Positions 31,328-41,758 of a stretch of DNA of 64,000 nucleotides are shown piece after piece. A model generated the notes under the pieces. The model searched no databases and was not told the origin of the DNA. It saw only the letters and a program-made list of their open reading frames with translations. The DNA comes from Candidatus Dojkabacteria bacterium (GTDB lineage Bacteria; Patescibacteriota; Dojkabacteria; SC72), in contig JAAZBX010000007.1 in assembly GCA_012513575.1 (NCBI GenBank), forward strand, positions 27,931-91,930, in the 5' to 3' direction. Both the position numbers and the translations under genes were made by a program. Positions within the stretch are counted from its first letter, which is position 1. Each line of letters opens with the position of its first letter.

Positions 31328-31357
31328 AACTGCCTATTAATTTATTAATATTGTTCT

Positions 31358-31939
31358 ATGATATTAATTCCTACAGTAATTGAGAAAGAAAGGGGCGGAG
31401 AGAGAGCATACGATATCTATTCAAGACTTCTTAAAGATAGGATTGTTTTTGTTAGTGGCGAAATTGAAACAAATATGGCAAACACCGTAGTTGCTCAACT
31501 TCTATTTCTGGAGAAAGAGGATCCCGATTCTGACATACAGATGTTTATCAATTCTCCTGGAGGACACATTACCGCAGGAATGGCGATCATCGATACTATG
31601 AATTACATTAAACCTGATGTGTCAACTACTGCTGTAGGTCTTGCAGCATCTATGGGAACAATGTTGTTAATTAATGGAGCAAAAGGTAAAAGATACGCTC
31701 TCCCAAACAGTAAAATACATATTCACCAACCGCTTGGTGGAGTAGAGGGTCAAGCTAGTGATATTGCAATTGAAGCAAAAGAAATTTTGAAAATCCGAGA
31801 AAGTCTTTACAAAATGATTTCAGAGAAAACTGGGAAATCCGTATCTCAGATAACAAAAGATGCTGATAGAGATAAATATTTTACTGCTACCGAAGCCAAA
31901 GCTTACGGTTTGATAGATAAAATAATTAAAAAAAGATAA
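31358..31939 (+). CDS. clpP: ATP-dependent Clp protease proteolytic subunit
   Basis: [25 protein letters not shown]. Confidence 0.97.
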   Translation: MILIPTVIEKERGGERAYDIYSRLLKDRIVFVSGEIETNMANTVVAQLLFLEKEDPDSDIQMFINSPGGHITAGMAIIDTMNYIKPDVSTTAVGLAASMGTMLLINGAKGKRYALPNSKIHIHQPLGGVEGQASDIAIEAKEILKIRESLYKMISEKTGKSVSQITKDADRDKYFTATEAKAYGLIDKIIKKR

Positions 31940-32472
31940 TGCCAGAAAGATACTATTCTGAATCACCAGATTCATTTGAAGATGAAAGACAAGAAAGTGA
32001 CTTAGAATTCATAAGAAAAGACCTTGAGGACATATTTAGTCATGGGTTCAGCGGAGATTCTCAAACAGAAGATTTAGAAAATTTATCTTCTTTGGATATT
32101 AAGGAATTTATATACCAACACTTAATTGAAAGTGGAATAATTGATGTACAATTTTCCAATACTGTTGATATAGAAAATTTTGATGAGATAGCCCAATTAT
32201 GCGATTTTTTGTCCACCACACTCACAAAATATCCACAAAAAGGAGAAGTTCAAGTACATTTCCTAGAATCGGGTGACTTCGCTGCAACTGTTTCAGTTAT
32301 TCAGACAAGCCTTAAGGGAGTAAGTGTTAAGGTTGAATCTTTAGAAGAGAGCCCCAAATTTTTAGTTAATAAATGGAAAGAAATTGTAGATAAGAATTCT
32401 TCTAAAGATAGAAAGAAAAACAAAACAAAGAAATTTGGGGAGCTAAAAAAGAAATTTGGAAAAAATATTTAA
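31939..32472 (+). CDS. Hypothetical protein (acidic N-terminus, basic C-terminus)
   Basis: 177-aa ORF whose ATG overlaps the clpP stop. Confidence 0.6.
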   Translation: MPERYYSESPDSFEDERQESDLEFIRKDLEDIFSHGFSGDSQTEDLENLSSLDIKEFIYQHLIESGIIDVQFSNTVDIENFDEIAQLCDFLSTTLTKYPQKGEVQVHFLESGDFAATVSVIQTSLKGVSVKVESLEESPKFLVNKWKEIVDKNSSKDRKKNKTKKFGELKKKFGKNI

Positions 32473-32489
32473 CTTGTTATTAATAAAAA

Positions 32490-32933
32490 ATGAATAATAA
32501 TTACGAAAAAGAAAAACCTGCCAGCTGGGGAGAAGTAATAGATAGCAGAATTGAGGAAACGCTTAATGCAGAAGCACAGTACTCTCCTTCGTCTTTGCAG
32601 TTTGAAGATATTAGTCTTGCAGATATAGATAAGCACATGCTAGAAAGATTTTATGCAGAATTTCCTTCAGTTGTTCCTTCTGGAATATATTCAGACGCTG
32701 GGTTAATTTCTTTAGCAAACAATCAAGGATTCCATGCAGAAATGCCACAAAATCTCAAAACTCAGCCTCTTTATTTCATCTTAAGGGGAGATAAGGTTGC
32801 TGCATTTTTACCATTAGAGAATATTGAAGAGAGTAGGATTGATTGCTACTTCTTTCATAAACTTAATATCCAAAACGACCCAATTCTAAGGGAAAAATAT
32901 TTGGAATTGCTTTATAGGTTGAATAAAGATTAA
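32490..32933 (+). CDS. Hypothetical protein
   Basis: 147-aa ORF in the same orientation filling the gap before the tRNA. Confidence 0.6.
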   Translation: MNNNYEKEKPASWGEVIDSRIEETLNAEAQYSPSSLQFEDISLADIDKHMLERFYAEFPSVVPSGIYSDAGLISLANNQGFHAEMPQNLKTQPLYFILRGDKVAAFLPLENIEESRIDCYFFHKLNIQNDPILREKYLELLYRLNKD

Positions 32934-32959
32934 AAAAAAGATAGAATTGTTTCTGTTAT

Positions 32960-33033
32960 GGGCGATTAGCTCAGCTGGTTAGAGCGTCACATTGACATTG
33001 TGGAGGTCACAGGTTCGAGCCCCGTATCGCCCA
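32960..33033 (+). tRNA. tRNA-Val (GAC), CCA not encoded
   Basis: Acceptor GGGCGAT/ATCGCCC, D arm GCTC/GAGC, anticodon loop TTGACAT, T loop TTCGAGC. Confidence 0.95.
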
Positions 33034-33037
33034 TTTT

Positions 33038-34009
33038 TTATATATCTCTTCTAGAAAGGATACTAAAAGCTTCTTCAACAGAATTTGAATTCATCAATAA
33101 TTCCCTTAAATCACTTGCAGTATCAAAATTACTAATATATGCCTTTATATACTTCTTCTGACTATTAAAGATATCAAGTTTACCCTTTTCTTTAATAAAA
33201 ATCCTTAGATGCTCCGACAAAGTCTCAAGCCTTTCTTTTTTCGTTATCATTCCCATTCGCCTTTTTGAATCATCTGAGAACAACCATGGATTAGAAAGAA
33301 TTGCTCTCCCAATTAAAACTCCGTCCACGCCAAAATTCTTACCATACTCTTTTGCTTGCTTAATATTCCTAATATCACCGTTTCCCAATATCAATGTTTT
33401 AGAATTCATAGAATCTCTTAAAGAAACAGCTCTTTTAATTTCATCCCATCGACATGGAGTAGAGTAGTTTTCTTTTGACAATCTTCCATGAACAGTAAGC
33501 AAGTCTAAATCTTTCTCCAAAAGAAAACCTATCCAATCCTCTGTTTGAATCTTATCAAATCCAATTCTTGTCTTAACACTAACTGGAATACCTTTTGAGC
33601 TTTCTTTTACTGCTTGAATTATCTCATTTGAGAGTATTTTATCGTTAATTAATGCAGAACCTCTCCCACTTGAGAGAACATCTCTTACCGAACAACCCAT
33701 ATTGATATCAATACCGTCCGGTTTTAATTCTCTTATCTCTTTTATCGTTTTTGCATAAAATTCGGGAACATTTCCCCATAACTGGAAAACAATTGGTCTT
33801 TCTACATCTCTAAAAAGAAGTCTATGAGAAACGTTCTCTTTTCCTTCTGAACAGAAACCTTCAACATTAAGAAATTCTGTAAAAAACACATCAGGTTTCC
33901 CAATCTTACATAACACTTGCCTGAACACAGTATCTGTAATACCCTCCATAGGTGATAATCCTAAGATAAAACCCTTCTTGGATAAAATTTTTTGGTAAAT
34001 ATTCCCCAT
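33038..34009 (-). CDS. tRNA-dihydrouridine synthase (DusB-like)
   Basis: SPMEGITD, IDINMGC, PVSVKTR, TVHGR, GNGDI, IGRA. Confidence 0.92.
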   Translation of the reverse strand: MGNIYQKILSKKGFILGLSPMEGITDTVFRQVLCKIGKPDVFFTEFLNVEGFCSEGKENVSHRLLFRDVERPIVFQLWGNVPEFYAKTIKEIRELKPDGIDINMGCSVRDVLSSGRGSALINDKILSNEIIQAVKESSKGIPVSVKTRIGFDKIQTEDWIGFLLEKDLDLLTVHGRLSKENYSTPCRWDEIKRAVSLRDSMNSKTLILGNGDIRNIKQAKEYGKNFGVDGVLIGRAILSNPWLFSDDSKRRMGMITKKERLETLSEHLRIFIKEKGKLDIFNSQKKYIKAYISNFDTASDLRELLMNSNSVEEAFSILSRRDI

Positions 34010-34125
34010 ACCATGATTCTATCATAAAGTTATATAAACAAATGAAAAAGTAAGTGGCTTGATAATCAATTATCTCTTGCAAGTGAAAGGGATTTAACAT
34101 AAACTGAAATAAGAAAACTGCCCAT

Positions 34126-34521
34126 ATGGAACCACAAAAAATTCAAGATAATTCAGGCTCACAGCTAATTCAATTTGAAAAAACAGATTCTTATTCCAAG
34201 ATACTTGTTTACTTCATTCAAGATTTCTTAAATTGGTGGTATGTGAAGATGCCCATAAGGCACCTTAAAATTCTGGGGCGTATATCTGTATTGGTTGATG
34301 ACAATCTTTCAATGTCTTTACTCTTCAAAAATTTTTTTGTTCCATGGCATAGAGACAATTCACTAATAGGTTACTTCTTTGGTTTTCTAGTCAAAATCTT
34401 TTATTTACCAATCGCTTTATTAATTTATCTATTATCAATTCTTACGTATCTAGCAGTAATAATAATTTGGTTATTACTTCCTATCGCAACATTAGTATTT
34501 TCTATTACATCTTTTTTTTAA
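34126..34521 (+). CDS. Small membrane protein abutting the Clp ATPase gene
   Basis: FLNWWY, FFVPW, hydrophobic C-terminal half; stop directly before ATG 34522. Confidence 0.7.
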   Translation: MEPQKIQDNSGSQLIQFEKTDSYSKILVYFIQDFLNWWYVKMPIRHLKILGRISVLVDDNLSMSLLFKNFFVPWHRDNSLIGYFFGFLVKIFYLPIALLIYLLSILTYLAVIIIWLLLPIATLVFSITSFF

Positions 34522-37236
34522 ATGGAATTAGAATTTGGTAGCAAACAAAAAACACTTATTGGAATACATCATAAAGAAAAAAATTCTTTTTCTGTTTCAA
34601 AAAAGGGATATCCTGTTCCAACAGATGAGAATCAGTCAATATTTCTTTTAACACGTGATCATTTCTTTTCTATCACAACACCACAAATCTCATATCTGCT
34701 CTACAGTAATCCCAAATATGAGAAATTTGAAAAAATTAAAAGTATCATCTCCAATATTTTAATCGTTCCAGGAGTTTTAATAACTACAGCATACATTCTA
34801 AAATTTACTTCTCTTCTTGATAATTTCCCTTTAATTTTGAGCCTACTCAACAACCCATTCACCAACTTTTTATTTGGTATTTCAATTTTCTCAATCTTGC
34901 TCCTTTGGCATGAATTCTATAGTGACAGAGATCAGCAGATGCAACTCCCCTTAATAAAAAAAATCCCTCAACGTGATATCGATGAAATTAATACTGTTGG
35001 TTTTAAGTTTGGAAGATATTCAAATATTGATATTGCCAAATATATTTCTTCTGAAACAATTCAACTCCTTTCAGATTTTACTCTGAATGGAGAATTCGAC
35101 ATATATCACTGCTTTAAGATATTGACAGACGAGACATTTGAAGTACAACAGATAGTCCGACGAGGAGGAATCTCAATCGACAATGAAAAGTTAGAGAATT
35201 CTGATGTTAATTCTGACACTCTTCCTAAAATAAATCTCTCTTCAATTAGAGCTCTACTTGTATATGCTGTAGAGGAGGCATTGCTAACAGAAAGTAAAAT
35301 GGTCAATCCTGAGCATATATTTTTGGCAATTTCAAAAATGTATCCTCAAATTATAAAGATGTTCCAGAAAGAGAATATAAACTTAGACATATTTAGAGAA
35401 GTTGTAAAATTTCAGAATTTTCTTAATAGAAGAAAAGCAAAATATCTAGACCCAGATCAACCATATTATAGAAAGGGTGGAATTGGGAAACAAATTATCT
35501 ACGGCTATACCTTCATATTAAGTCACTTTAGTAAAGAAATTAACAAAAAAATTGCAGAGACAAATGACATCTTTGGTATAGGTCATGACGAAGAGGTTGA
35601 AAATCTTGTATCAGTTCTTGGGAAAGTTACAAACAAGAATGCGTTGTTAATTGGAGAACCAGGAGTTGGGAAATCAAGTATAATTCTTGGTCTTGCACAA
35701 AGAATAAATAAAGGAGATGTCCCAATTCAGTTGAAAGATAAAAGAATAATTGAATTAGATATTAATGCCCTTATCGCTCATTCTCAAAATGCCTCAAGTA
35801 TGGAGGAACTAATGATTAAGGCCATGACAGAATTATCAAAAGCGGGAAATACCATTCTCTACATAGATGAAATTCAACAGATAGTTCCAACAAAAGCACA
35901 AGAGAGTGGACATACAATTGCGGGAATGATGCTCCCATATATTCTTAACAGTAAATTCCCCATAATTGGGAGTATTAACTATTCAGATTACAAAAAATAT
36001 TTTTACAGTAATGAATCTCTTAGACAAAGTTTTACGAATATTGAGACAAAAGAGATATCAGCAGCGGATGCACTTACAATATTGGAAAGTAAAATTCCTT
36101 CGCTGGAAAGCAATTTTAATTGCTTTATTACATTCCCCGCTCTGGTGTCAGCGGTTGAAATATCTCAAAGGTATATTAAAGAGAGAAAGCTCCCAAGTAG
36201 TGCAGTTCAAACAATCGAAGCAGCCTGCTCTTGGGCACAAGCAAATGGGATTCAGAAGATTACTTCGGAACATGTTTCTAAAGCAATTTCTCTGCAAAAA
36301 AATATAAATATTACTGAAATAAATCAGGAAGAAAGTAACAAGTTAATCAAATTAGAGGAAAATATCAAGAGCAGAGTAATAGGGCAGGATGAGGCTGTTA
36401 CAGTAATATCAGAAGCGCTAAGGCGAGCGAGGGCAGATATTCGAAACCCCAATAAACCAATAGGCTCATTTCTCTTTATTGGACCAACTGGTGTAGGAAA
36501 AACATATTTAGCCAAAGTTGTTGGAGAAGAATACTTTGGAGTTGAAGATACCATTATTAGACTTGATATGTCAGAATATCAGGAAATATCTAGTATAAAT
36601 AAATTCCTCGGTTCTTCAGAGGGAGATAGCATTTTAAGTCAAACCGAAATTTCATTAATAGACAGGATTAAAAGAAGTCCACACACAGTTGTTCTTTTTG
36701 ATGAGATAGAAAAAGCCCATCCTGACATTTTAAATCTCTTCCTTCAAATCTTTGATGAGGGAAGACTTACAAGTAATCAAGGTGATACCGTTGATTTCAC
36801 TCATGCAATAATTGTCTGTACAAGCAATATCGGAAGTAAAATTCTTTTAGATTCACTCTCAGAACCAAATGTCATGTGGGAGGAAGCAAAAGAAAGAGTA
36901 TTATTAGAGCTAAGACAAGTTTTAAAACCTGAGCTACTAAATAGATTTGACGACATAATTGTATTCCAACCTCATGACATGAGTAATCTTTCAAAAATTG
37001 CTGTTCTGGAACTAAATCAACTTGCAAAAAGGCTTGCAGAGAAAGAGATTACACTAAAATGGACTCAACAAATTCCAATGCTCATTGCAAACAAAGCCAA
37101 TGATCCAGGCAACGGTGCTAGACCATTAAAAAGATACATACAAGACAATGTGGAAGGACAGATAGCCAAAGCGATTATAGAACAAACATTAAAGCCTGGA
37201 GAAGAGGTCGAGATAAAGGAGAGTTGGATTGTATAG
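34522..37236 (+). CDS. ClpA/B/C-family AAA+ ATPase with N-terminal transmembrane segments
   Basis: GEPGVGKS, YIDEI; GPTGVGKT, RLDMSEY, FDEIEKAH, GARPL; two hydrophobic segments near aa 75-130. Confidence 0.9.
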   Translation: MELEFGSKQKTLIGIHHKEKNSFSVSKKGYPVPTDENQSIFLLTRDHFFSITTPQISYLLYSNPKYEKFEKIKSIISNILIVPGVLITTAYILKFTSLLDNFPLILSLLNNPFTNFLFGISIFSILLLWHEFYSDRDQQMQLPLIKKIPQRDIDEINTVGFKFGRYSNIDIAKYISSETIQLLSDFTLNGEFDIYHCFKILTDETFEVQQIVRRGGISIDNEKLENSDVNSDTLPKINLSSIRALLVYAVEEALLTESKMVNPEHIFLAISKMYPQIIKMFQKENINLDIFREVVKFQNFLNRRKAKYLDPDQPYYRKGGIGKQIIYGYTFILSHFSKEINKKIAETNDIFGIGHDEEVENLVSVLGKVTNKNALLIGEPGVGKSSIILGLAQRINKGDVPIQLKDKRIIELDINALIAHSQNASSMEELMIKAMTELSKAGNTILYIDEIQQIVPTKAQESGHTIAGMMLPYILNSKFPIIGSINYSDYKKYFYSNESLRQSFTNIETKEISAADALTILESKIPSLESNFNCFITFPALVSAVEISQRYIKERKLPSSAVQTIEAACSWAQANGIQKITSEHVSKAISLQKNINITEINQEESNKLIKLEENIKSRVIGQDEAVTVISEALRRARADIRNPNKPIGSFLFIGPTGVGKTYLAKVVGEEYFGVEDTIIRLDMSEYQEISSINKFLGSSEGDSILSQTEISLIDRIKRSPHTVVLFDEIEKAHPDILNLFLQIFDEGRLTSNQGDTVDFTHAIIVCTSNIGSKILLDSLSEPNVMWEEAKERVLLELRQVLKPELLNRFDDIIVFQPHDMSNLSKIAVLELNQLAKRLAEKEITLKWTQQIPMLIANKANDPGNGARPLKRYIQDNVEGQIAKAIIEQTLKPGEEVEIKESWIV

Positions 37237-37301
37237 ATAGATTGTTGAAAAAATTCTTTTAATCAAATATAATCTGAACGTTAATATATAGTAAAAAAAA
37301 C

Positions 37302-37460
37302 ATGGGTGCACTTCCAAAAAGAAAAATATCCAAAGCAAGAAAAGGAAGAAGAAGATCACATAACGCATTGAAACTAACAGGTGTTTCAAAATGTCCAAAA
37401 TGTGGAAGCTTAAAAAAGAGCCATTTCGTCTGTCCTAATTGTGGAACATATAAAAAGTAA
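37302..37460 (+). CDS. rpmF: 50S ribosomal protein L32 (zinc-ribbon type)
   Basis: Manual translation MGALPKRKISKARKGRRRSH...CPKCG...HFVCPNCG; below the ORF-track cutoff. Confidence 0.95.
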   Translation: MGALPKRKISKARKGRRRSHNALKLTGVSKCPKCGSLKKSHFVCPNCGTYKK

Positions 37461-37462
37461 TT

Positions 37463-37915
37463 ATGAAGAGATCAACTGATCCAAGACATTTAGCAAGAAT
37501 CCTTGCACTTCAAGGACTTTTCTCAAAATACTTTTTGCAAAAAGAAATTCATATGGAGATGATTCCCATTAAGGAACTTTTGTCCATTGATGAATTTGAA
37601 GACTATGATAAGGACTTATTTGAAAAAATTACTGAAGGGGTTGTAAATAATATCGAACAGATAGATAAATTGATTGAGAAATACGCGCCCCAGTGGCCAA
37701 TTCAACAAATGAAGTTAGTTGATTTACAAATCCTAAGAATTGCTATTCTTGAAGGCTTTATCTCAAAAATTACTCCTCCTAAAGTTTCAATAGATGAGGC
37801 AATTGAAATCGCAAAAGATTTTGGTGGGGAGAGTAGTGGGAAATTTGTAAATGGGGTTCTTGGCGCAATATACGAAGAAATTAAATCTGAAGAAGAAAAA
37901 GATGGAGAAAATTAA
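37463..37915 (+). CDS. nusB: Transcription antitermination factor NusB
   Basis: RHLARILALQ, ILRIA, IDEAIEIAK, FVNGVL. Confidence 0.94.
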   Translation: MKRSTDPRHLARILALQGLFSKYFLQKEIHMEMIPIKELLSIDEFEDYDKDLFEKITEGVVNNIEQIDKLIEKYAPQWPIQQMKLVDLQILRIAILEGFISKITPPKVSIDEAIEIAKDFGGESSGKFVNGVLGAIYEEIKSEEEKDGEN

Positions 37916-38594
37916 CGAAATAGAAGAAAAAATTGGAGTAAAGTTTAAAAATCACTTACTTCTCGAAACAGCTTTTACACATAGGTCATATCTTAATGAA
38001 AATAGAGGAAAGAATTTGGAAAATAATGAGAGGTTAGAATTTTTAGGAGATGCAGTACTCGAATTAATTGTGTCAGCAAACCTTTATCATAATTACACCG
38101 ACAAAGCCGAGGGCGAGCTTACAAGTATTAGAGCTGCAATAGTAAGAACAGAGAGCTTAGCAAAAGAGACTGAAAGGTTAAATCTCGGAATGTATCTTAG
38201 GATGTCAAAAGGAGAGAAAGATTCTGGAGGAGAGGAGAAACCATATTTACTAGCCAACTTATATGAGGCACTTCTTGGAGCAATCTATTTAGATGCTGGA
38301 TATGAGGAATGTTTATATTTTGTGAAGAGAACTCTTTTCAAAAAAATTAAGAGGATTATCAGTCAGAAGCTTTTTATTGACCCTAAAACAAAGGTACAAG
38401 AGATAATGCAAAGAAAACACCGTATAACACCCACATATGAGATCCTAAAAGAAGAGGGGCCCGATCATAAGAAATCTTTTACGGTAGCTCTCTTTATGGG
38501 AGACAGGAAAGTTGTTGAAGGAGAAGGTGCAAGCAAACAAAAAGCTGAGGAAAATGCAGCAACGAATGCAATAGATATTTTAGAAAAAGATTAA
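37902..38594 (+). CDS. rnc: Ribonuclease III
   Basis: AFTHRS, NERLEFLGDAVL, dsRBD (DPKT...EGPDH...SKQKAE); start set to ATG 37902. Confidence 0.96.
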   Translation: MEKINEIEEKIGVKFKNHLLLETAFTHRSYLNENRGKNLENNERLEFLGDAVLELIVSANLYHNYTDKAEGELTSIRAAIVRTESLAKETERLNLGMYLRMSKGEKDSGGEEKPYLLANLYEALLGAIYLDAGYEECLYFVKRTLFKKIKRIISQKLFIDPKTKVQEIMQRKHRITPTYEILKEEGPDHKKSFTVALFMGDRKVVEGEGASKQKAEENAATNAIDILEKD

Positions 38595-38637
38595 TATATC
38601 TTGAATTAACTAAGTTCTTTTGATAGAATTCAGCAAT

Positions 38638-38934
38638 ATGTTAAAAATAAGATTAAAAAGAGTTGGTAGAAGTAAAGATCCTTACTACAGAATAGTAGTG
38701 ATGGAGTCTTCACAACCAAGAAATGGTAGGACTAAGGATGAAATTGGTATATACAATCCTAGGATTAATCAATTTGAGGTTGATAAGGAGAAGGCAGAAG
38801 CGTGGCTCGCAAAGGGGGCACAACCCACTGACACAGTAGCTCAGTATTTTGTTAAGGCTGGCATTCTGAAAAAACTACACAGAGGTTCAACCAAACCAAA
38901 TACTCAGAAAAAAGAGAAGAAGTCAGAAGAGTAG
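38638..38934 (+). CDS. rpsP: 30S ribosomal protein S16
   Basis: MLKIRLKRVG...PYYRIVV...GAQPTDTV. Confidence 0.96.
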   Translation: MLKIRLKRVGRSKDPYYRIVVMESSQPRNGRTKDEIGIYNPRINQFEVDKEKAEAWLAKGAQPTDTVAQYFVKAGILKKLHRGSTKPNTQKKEKKSEE

Positions 38935-38972
38935 TATATAATTTGTTTAGATAATATATTACCAATATTAGA

Positions 38973-39284
38973 ATGAAAGAATTACTTGAGTATATTGTAA
39001 AATCGATAGTAAACAATCCTGATGCTGTGGAAGTTGAGGAGAAGGAAAGTGTAGATTTCCCAGGTTTAACTATTCTTACTATAGATGTTGCAGAAGAAGA
39101 TAAAGGCGTTGTGATTGGAAGAAAAGGAAGAACAATCAATGCTATACGAGATCTTATAACAATAAATGCTATTAGAACAAACAGACGAGTTAAAGTTTTG
39201 ATTAGAGATAACGAGCGAGATAAAACTGAAAGAAAAGAAGAAAAGACTGAAGTAGATGAAAGTATTTTTGAGGATGAGATATAG
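38973..39284 (+). CDS. khpA: KH-domain RNA-binding protein
   Basis: DKGVVIGRKGRTINAIR (GxxG); follows rpsP. Confidence 0.88.
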   Translation: MKELLEYIVKSIVNNPDAVEVEEKESVDFPGLTILTIDVAEEDKGVVIGRKGRTINAIRDLITINAIRTNRRVKVLIRDNERDKTERKEEKTEVDESIFEDEI

Positions 39285-39292
39285 CGAATTTT

Positions 39293-40018
39293 TTACTTTA
39301 CTGGTGCATTAAGTTTCTTCGACTTTTCCTTTAATATCTCCATTACATCTGCAAAGTCAGTATAAGGTTTAAAAGGTTTATAAATATTCACAACAAGATT
39401 TTCCTCTTCTGAAACATAATAACCAGTCAGGCTTAATTCAACCTCCCAAAGTTCAGCACTCTTTGTAAGAGAAATATTCTGTGGAGAAACAATATATGGA
39501 GAAGAGTAGTAAAAGTTATCCAAAAAGTTCAGTATATTTTCTAGAGATCCCCTGTAAGCCAAAGGGCCATTAACACCCTTATACTGATTAGAATCCTGTT
39601 GCTTATTTTTATCTACAATCCCAATATTTACATCGCTTGCAGAGATTTTATCTGATGTTAAATTTTTTAATCTCGCCAGTTCATCTATATAATAGAGAAA
39701 GCTAGCAACTTTCAATGTCCTAGGTATAACACTTTTAACCTCGATTAAATCATCATTCAATTGATCCTCAGAAATACTCTCAATTGATTGTTTTAGTTTA
39801 ATTAATTGTTCCTGTTTTGACTTTATTTCTTTAAGTTCAGTTCGATAATTAAAGGCTTCCTTTAACATTGGAATAAAAACAAATATTGAGATGAAAAGTA
39901 AAATCATAGACACAATTATGGGAATTATTAAATCCTTTATCTTTAATCTGGTATTCTTAATCTTTTCACTTATTCCCTCTTGTTTTCTTACAGTTTTTTG
40001 CATGTTAGGAAGTGCCAT
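39293..40018 (-). CDS. PilO-like type IV pilus assembly protein
   Basis: Single TM plus coiled coil; follows pilM and pilN-like genes. Confidence 0.65.
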   Translation of the reverse strand: MALPNMQKTVRKQEGISEKIKNTRLKIKDLIIPIIVSMILLFISIFVFIPMLKEAFNYRTELKEIKSKQEQLIKLKQSIESISEDQLNDDLIEVKSVIPRTLKVASFLYYIDELARLKNLTSDKISASDVNIGIVDKNKQQDSNQYKGVNGPLAYRGSLENILNFLDNFYYSSPYIVSPQNISLTKSAELWEVELSLTGYYVSEEENLVVNIYKPFKPYTDFADVMEILKEKSKKLNAPVK

Positions 40019-40020
40019 AA

Positions 40021-40689
40021 TTATTCTTTCTTCTCATCTAAATTAGTACTAAAATTCCCTTCTTTCATAGTAATCTTGAATTCAAATTTTACAACAGAAT
40101 CCAGTTTATTAAATTGTTCAAGACTTACCCTGCTTACTAGCTCATCTTCACTTAAAAGGTACCAGAATTTAGCCAAATCATCTAAAGATGGGCATTTGCC
40201 TTCAAAAGAAACCGATTTTACACTCTGGAAATCAAATTGATCTAATTCAATATCACCTAGATTTGAGGCAATTTGGGTAAAATATTCAAAAATCTTCCTC
40301 GCCGAATATTGATTTGATGAAATATCTTGATAAAGATATATTCTTCTTAATATCTCCTCATTAGAAAGAATAACTGAACTCAACTGTTTTACTTCCGCCT
40401 CTTGTTTACTTAATTCGCTTTGTGCTTTCTGAACCTGTATCTTGCTTATCGTCGAAAAAAGAACAATGATTATTGTGATTGTAAGAAAAATGATAATACT
40501 TAATATTGAACCGATGTTCAATTTAACCTTCTTTTTTTCCTGAACTATTTCGGATTTTGACAATATTGGAACCAAGTTAATGCTATCATCATTATCAGCC
40601 AAAAATACATCGTCAAGGCTTGGAGCCTCTTCCTTGACTACTGATTTGACCTCTTTTTCCTTTTTGTTTTCTTCAATTACTTTATTCAT
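40021..40689 (-). CDS. PilN-like type IV pilus assembly protein
   Basis: INLVP PilM-binding motif, TM, coiled coil. Confidence 0.75.
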   Translation of the reverse strand: MNKVIEENKKEKEVKSVVKEEAPSLDDVFLADNDDSINLVPILSKSEIVQEKKKVKLNIGSILSIIIFLTITIIIVLFSTISKIQVQKAQSELSKQEAEVKQLSSVILSNEEILRRIYLYQDISSNQYSARKIFEYFTQIASNLGDIELDQFDFQSVKSVSFEGKCPSLDDLAKFWYLLSEDELVSRVSLEQFNKLDSVVKFEFKITMKEGNFSTNLDEKKE

Positions 40690-41713
40690 CTTTTAATGCT
40701 AAACCTATCGCAACTGAATATGATGGAGCACCCTTCATCGCGATGTCCTCGAAACGTTTATCAATTATAATATTGTTCCAAGGCATTGCAATCATTACAT
40801 TGGCATTTAAGCTTTTTGCGACATATTCTTTCAAGCCTGGAAGGAGAGCACCATCTCCACTTAAGACATAATCTGTTGGAGCAATTGAAAGGGTTCTACT
40901 CTTGAAAAACTCAACACCTCTTCGAACTTCAACCAATATGGATTCAATTATTGGCGTTAATACACTCAAAATCTTTCCTTCCAATACATTGTCTACTAAA
41001 CCGTAATTTCTTTTGAACTCTTCTGCTCGCTGGGTATCGAGATTAAATTTATTTACAACTGCCTGTGTCAGGGAATCAGAGCCTATCGCAATACTTTGAG
41101 AGAATACTAGGTATCCTTCTGAAATAATACTCATATCTGTACTGTTGGCACCGAAATCTAACATTACCAAAGTATTTTTCCCTGTTGATTTGTACATGGC
41201 TCTCCCCATTGCAACTGATTCAGTTTCAATTGAGAGCAAATCTAAACCTGCCTGTGCAGCAATATTAACATAGATATTTACAACTTTTTTTGCAGCAGCT
41301 ACGACTAGTACTCTTGGAGCATTTTTTTCAGTATTAAAACCTATCGGAACATAGTCTAGTTGAACCTCATTCAAAGGTAAAGGAATATACTGTTTAGCCT
41401 CGTAGTAAACGGCCTCTTTTAATTCTTCTTTCTTTACTCCAGGTAATTCAAAGAATCTTGTAAACACAGAAAACTCAGGTAAAGCCATAACTACTTGCCT
41501 ATTTTTAATCGCAGAGGCATCATAGAGCCTTTTTAAGACATCAGCAAGTTTCTTCTGGTCTGCAATGTCTTCACTGTTAATAACTCCCTTTGGAGTGACT
41601 TGTGAACCTAGATTAACTAATGTTGGTTTGTTGGTTGATATCCCTGAAAGCTCCACAGCTTTTACAGAGTGCGTTCCAAAGTCTATCCCAACATGATCGG
41701 GCAGTTTTGCCAT
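40682..41713 (-). CDS. pilM: Type IV pilus assembly protein PilM
   Basis: VGIDFGTHSVKAV, LDFGA, LSGDGA, AIGLAL actin-like fold. Confidence 0.92.
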   Translation of the reverse strand: MAKLPDHVGIDFGTHSVKAVELSGISTNKPTLVNLGSQVTPKGVINSEDIADQKKLADVLKRLYDASAIKNRQVVMALPEFSVFTRFFELPGVKKEELKEAVYYEAKQYIPLPLNEVQLDYVPIGFNTEKNAPRVLVVAAAKKVVNIYVNIAAQAGLDLLSIETESVAMGRAMYKSTGKNTLVMLDFGANSTDMSIISEGYLVFSQSIAIGSDSLTQAVVNKFNLDTQRAEEFKRNYGLVDNVLEGKILSVLTPIIESILVEVRRGVEFFKSRTLSIAPTDYVLSGDGALLPGLKEYVAKSLNANVMIAMPWNNIIIDKRFEDIAMKGAPSYSVAIGLALKDE

Positions 41714-41758
41714 GTTAAGTAATTCAAATAATATTAATTCAAACTTTCAAAAGAGCTT

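Noticed and set aside
33009-33025. tRNA pseudogene because of an A-C mismatch in the T stem
   Set aside because: Single mismatch; all other arms and conserved bases are intact
31939-33033. Integrative element at tRNA-Val
   Set aside because: No integrase and no duplicated tRNA end seen
37463-38594. nusB-rnc adjacency as dedicated machinery for the cassettes
   Set aside because: They lie in an ordinary rpmF-nusB-rnc-rpsP housekeeping cluster; this shows availability only
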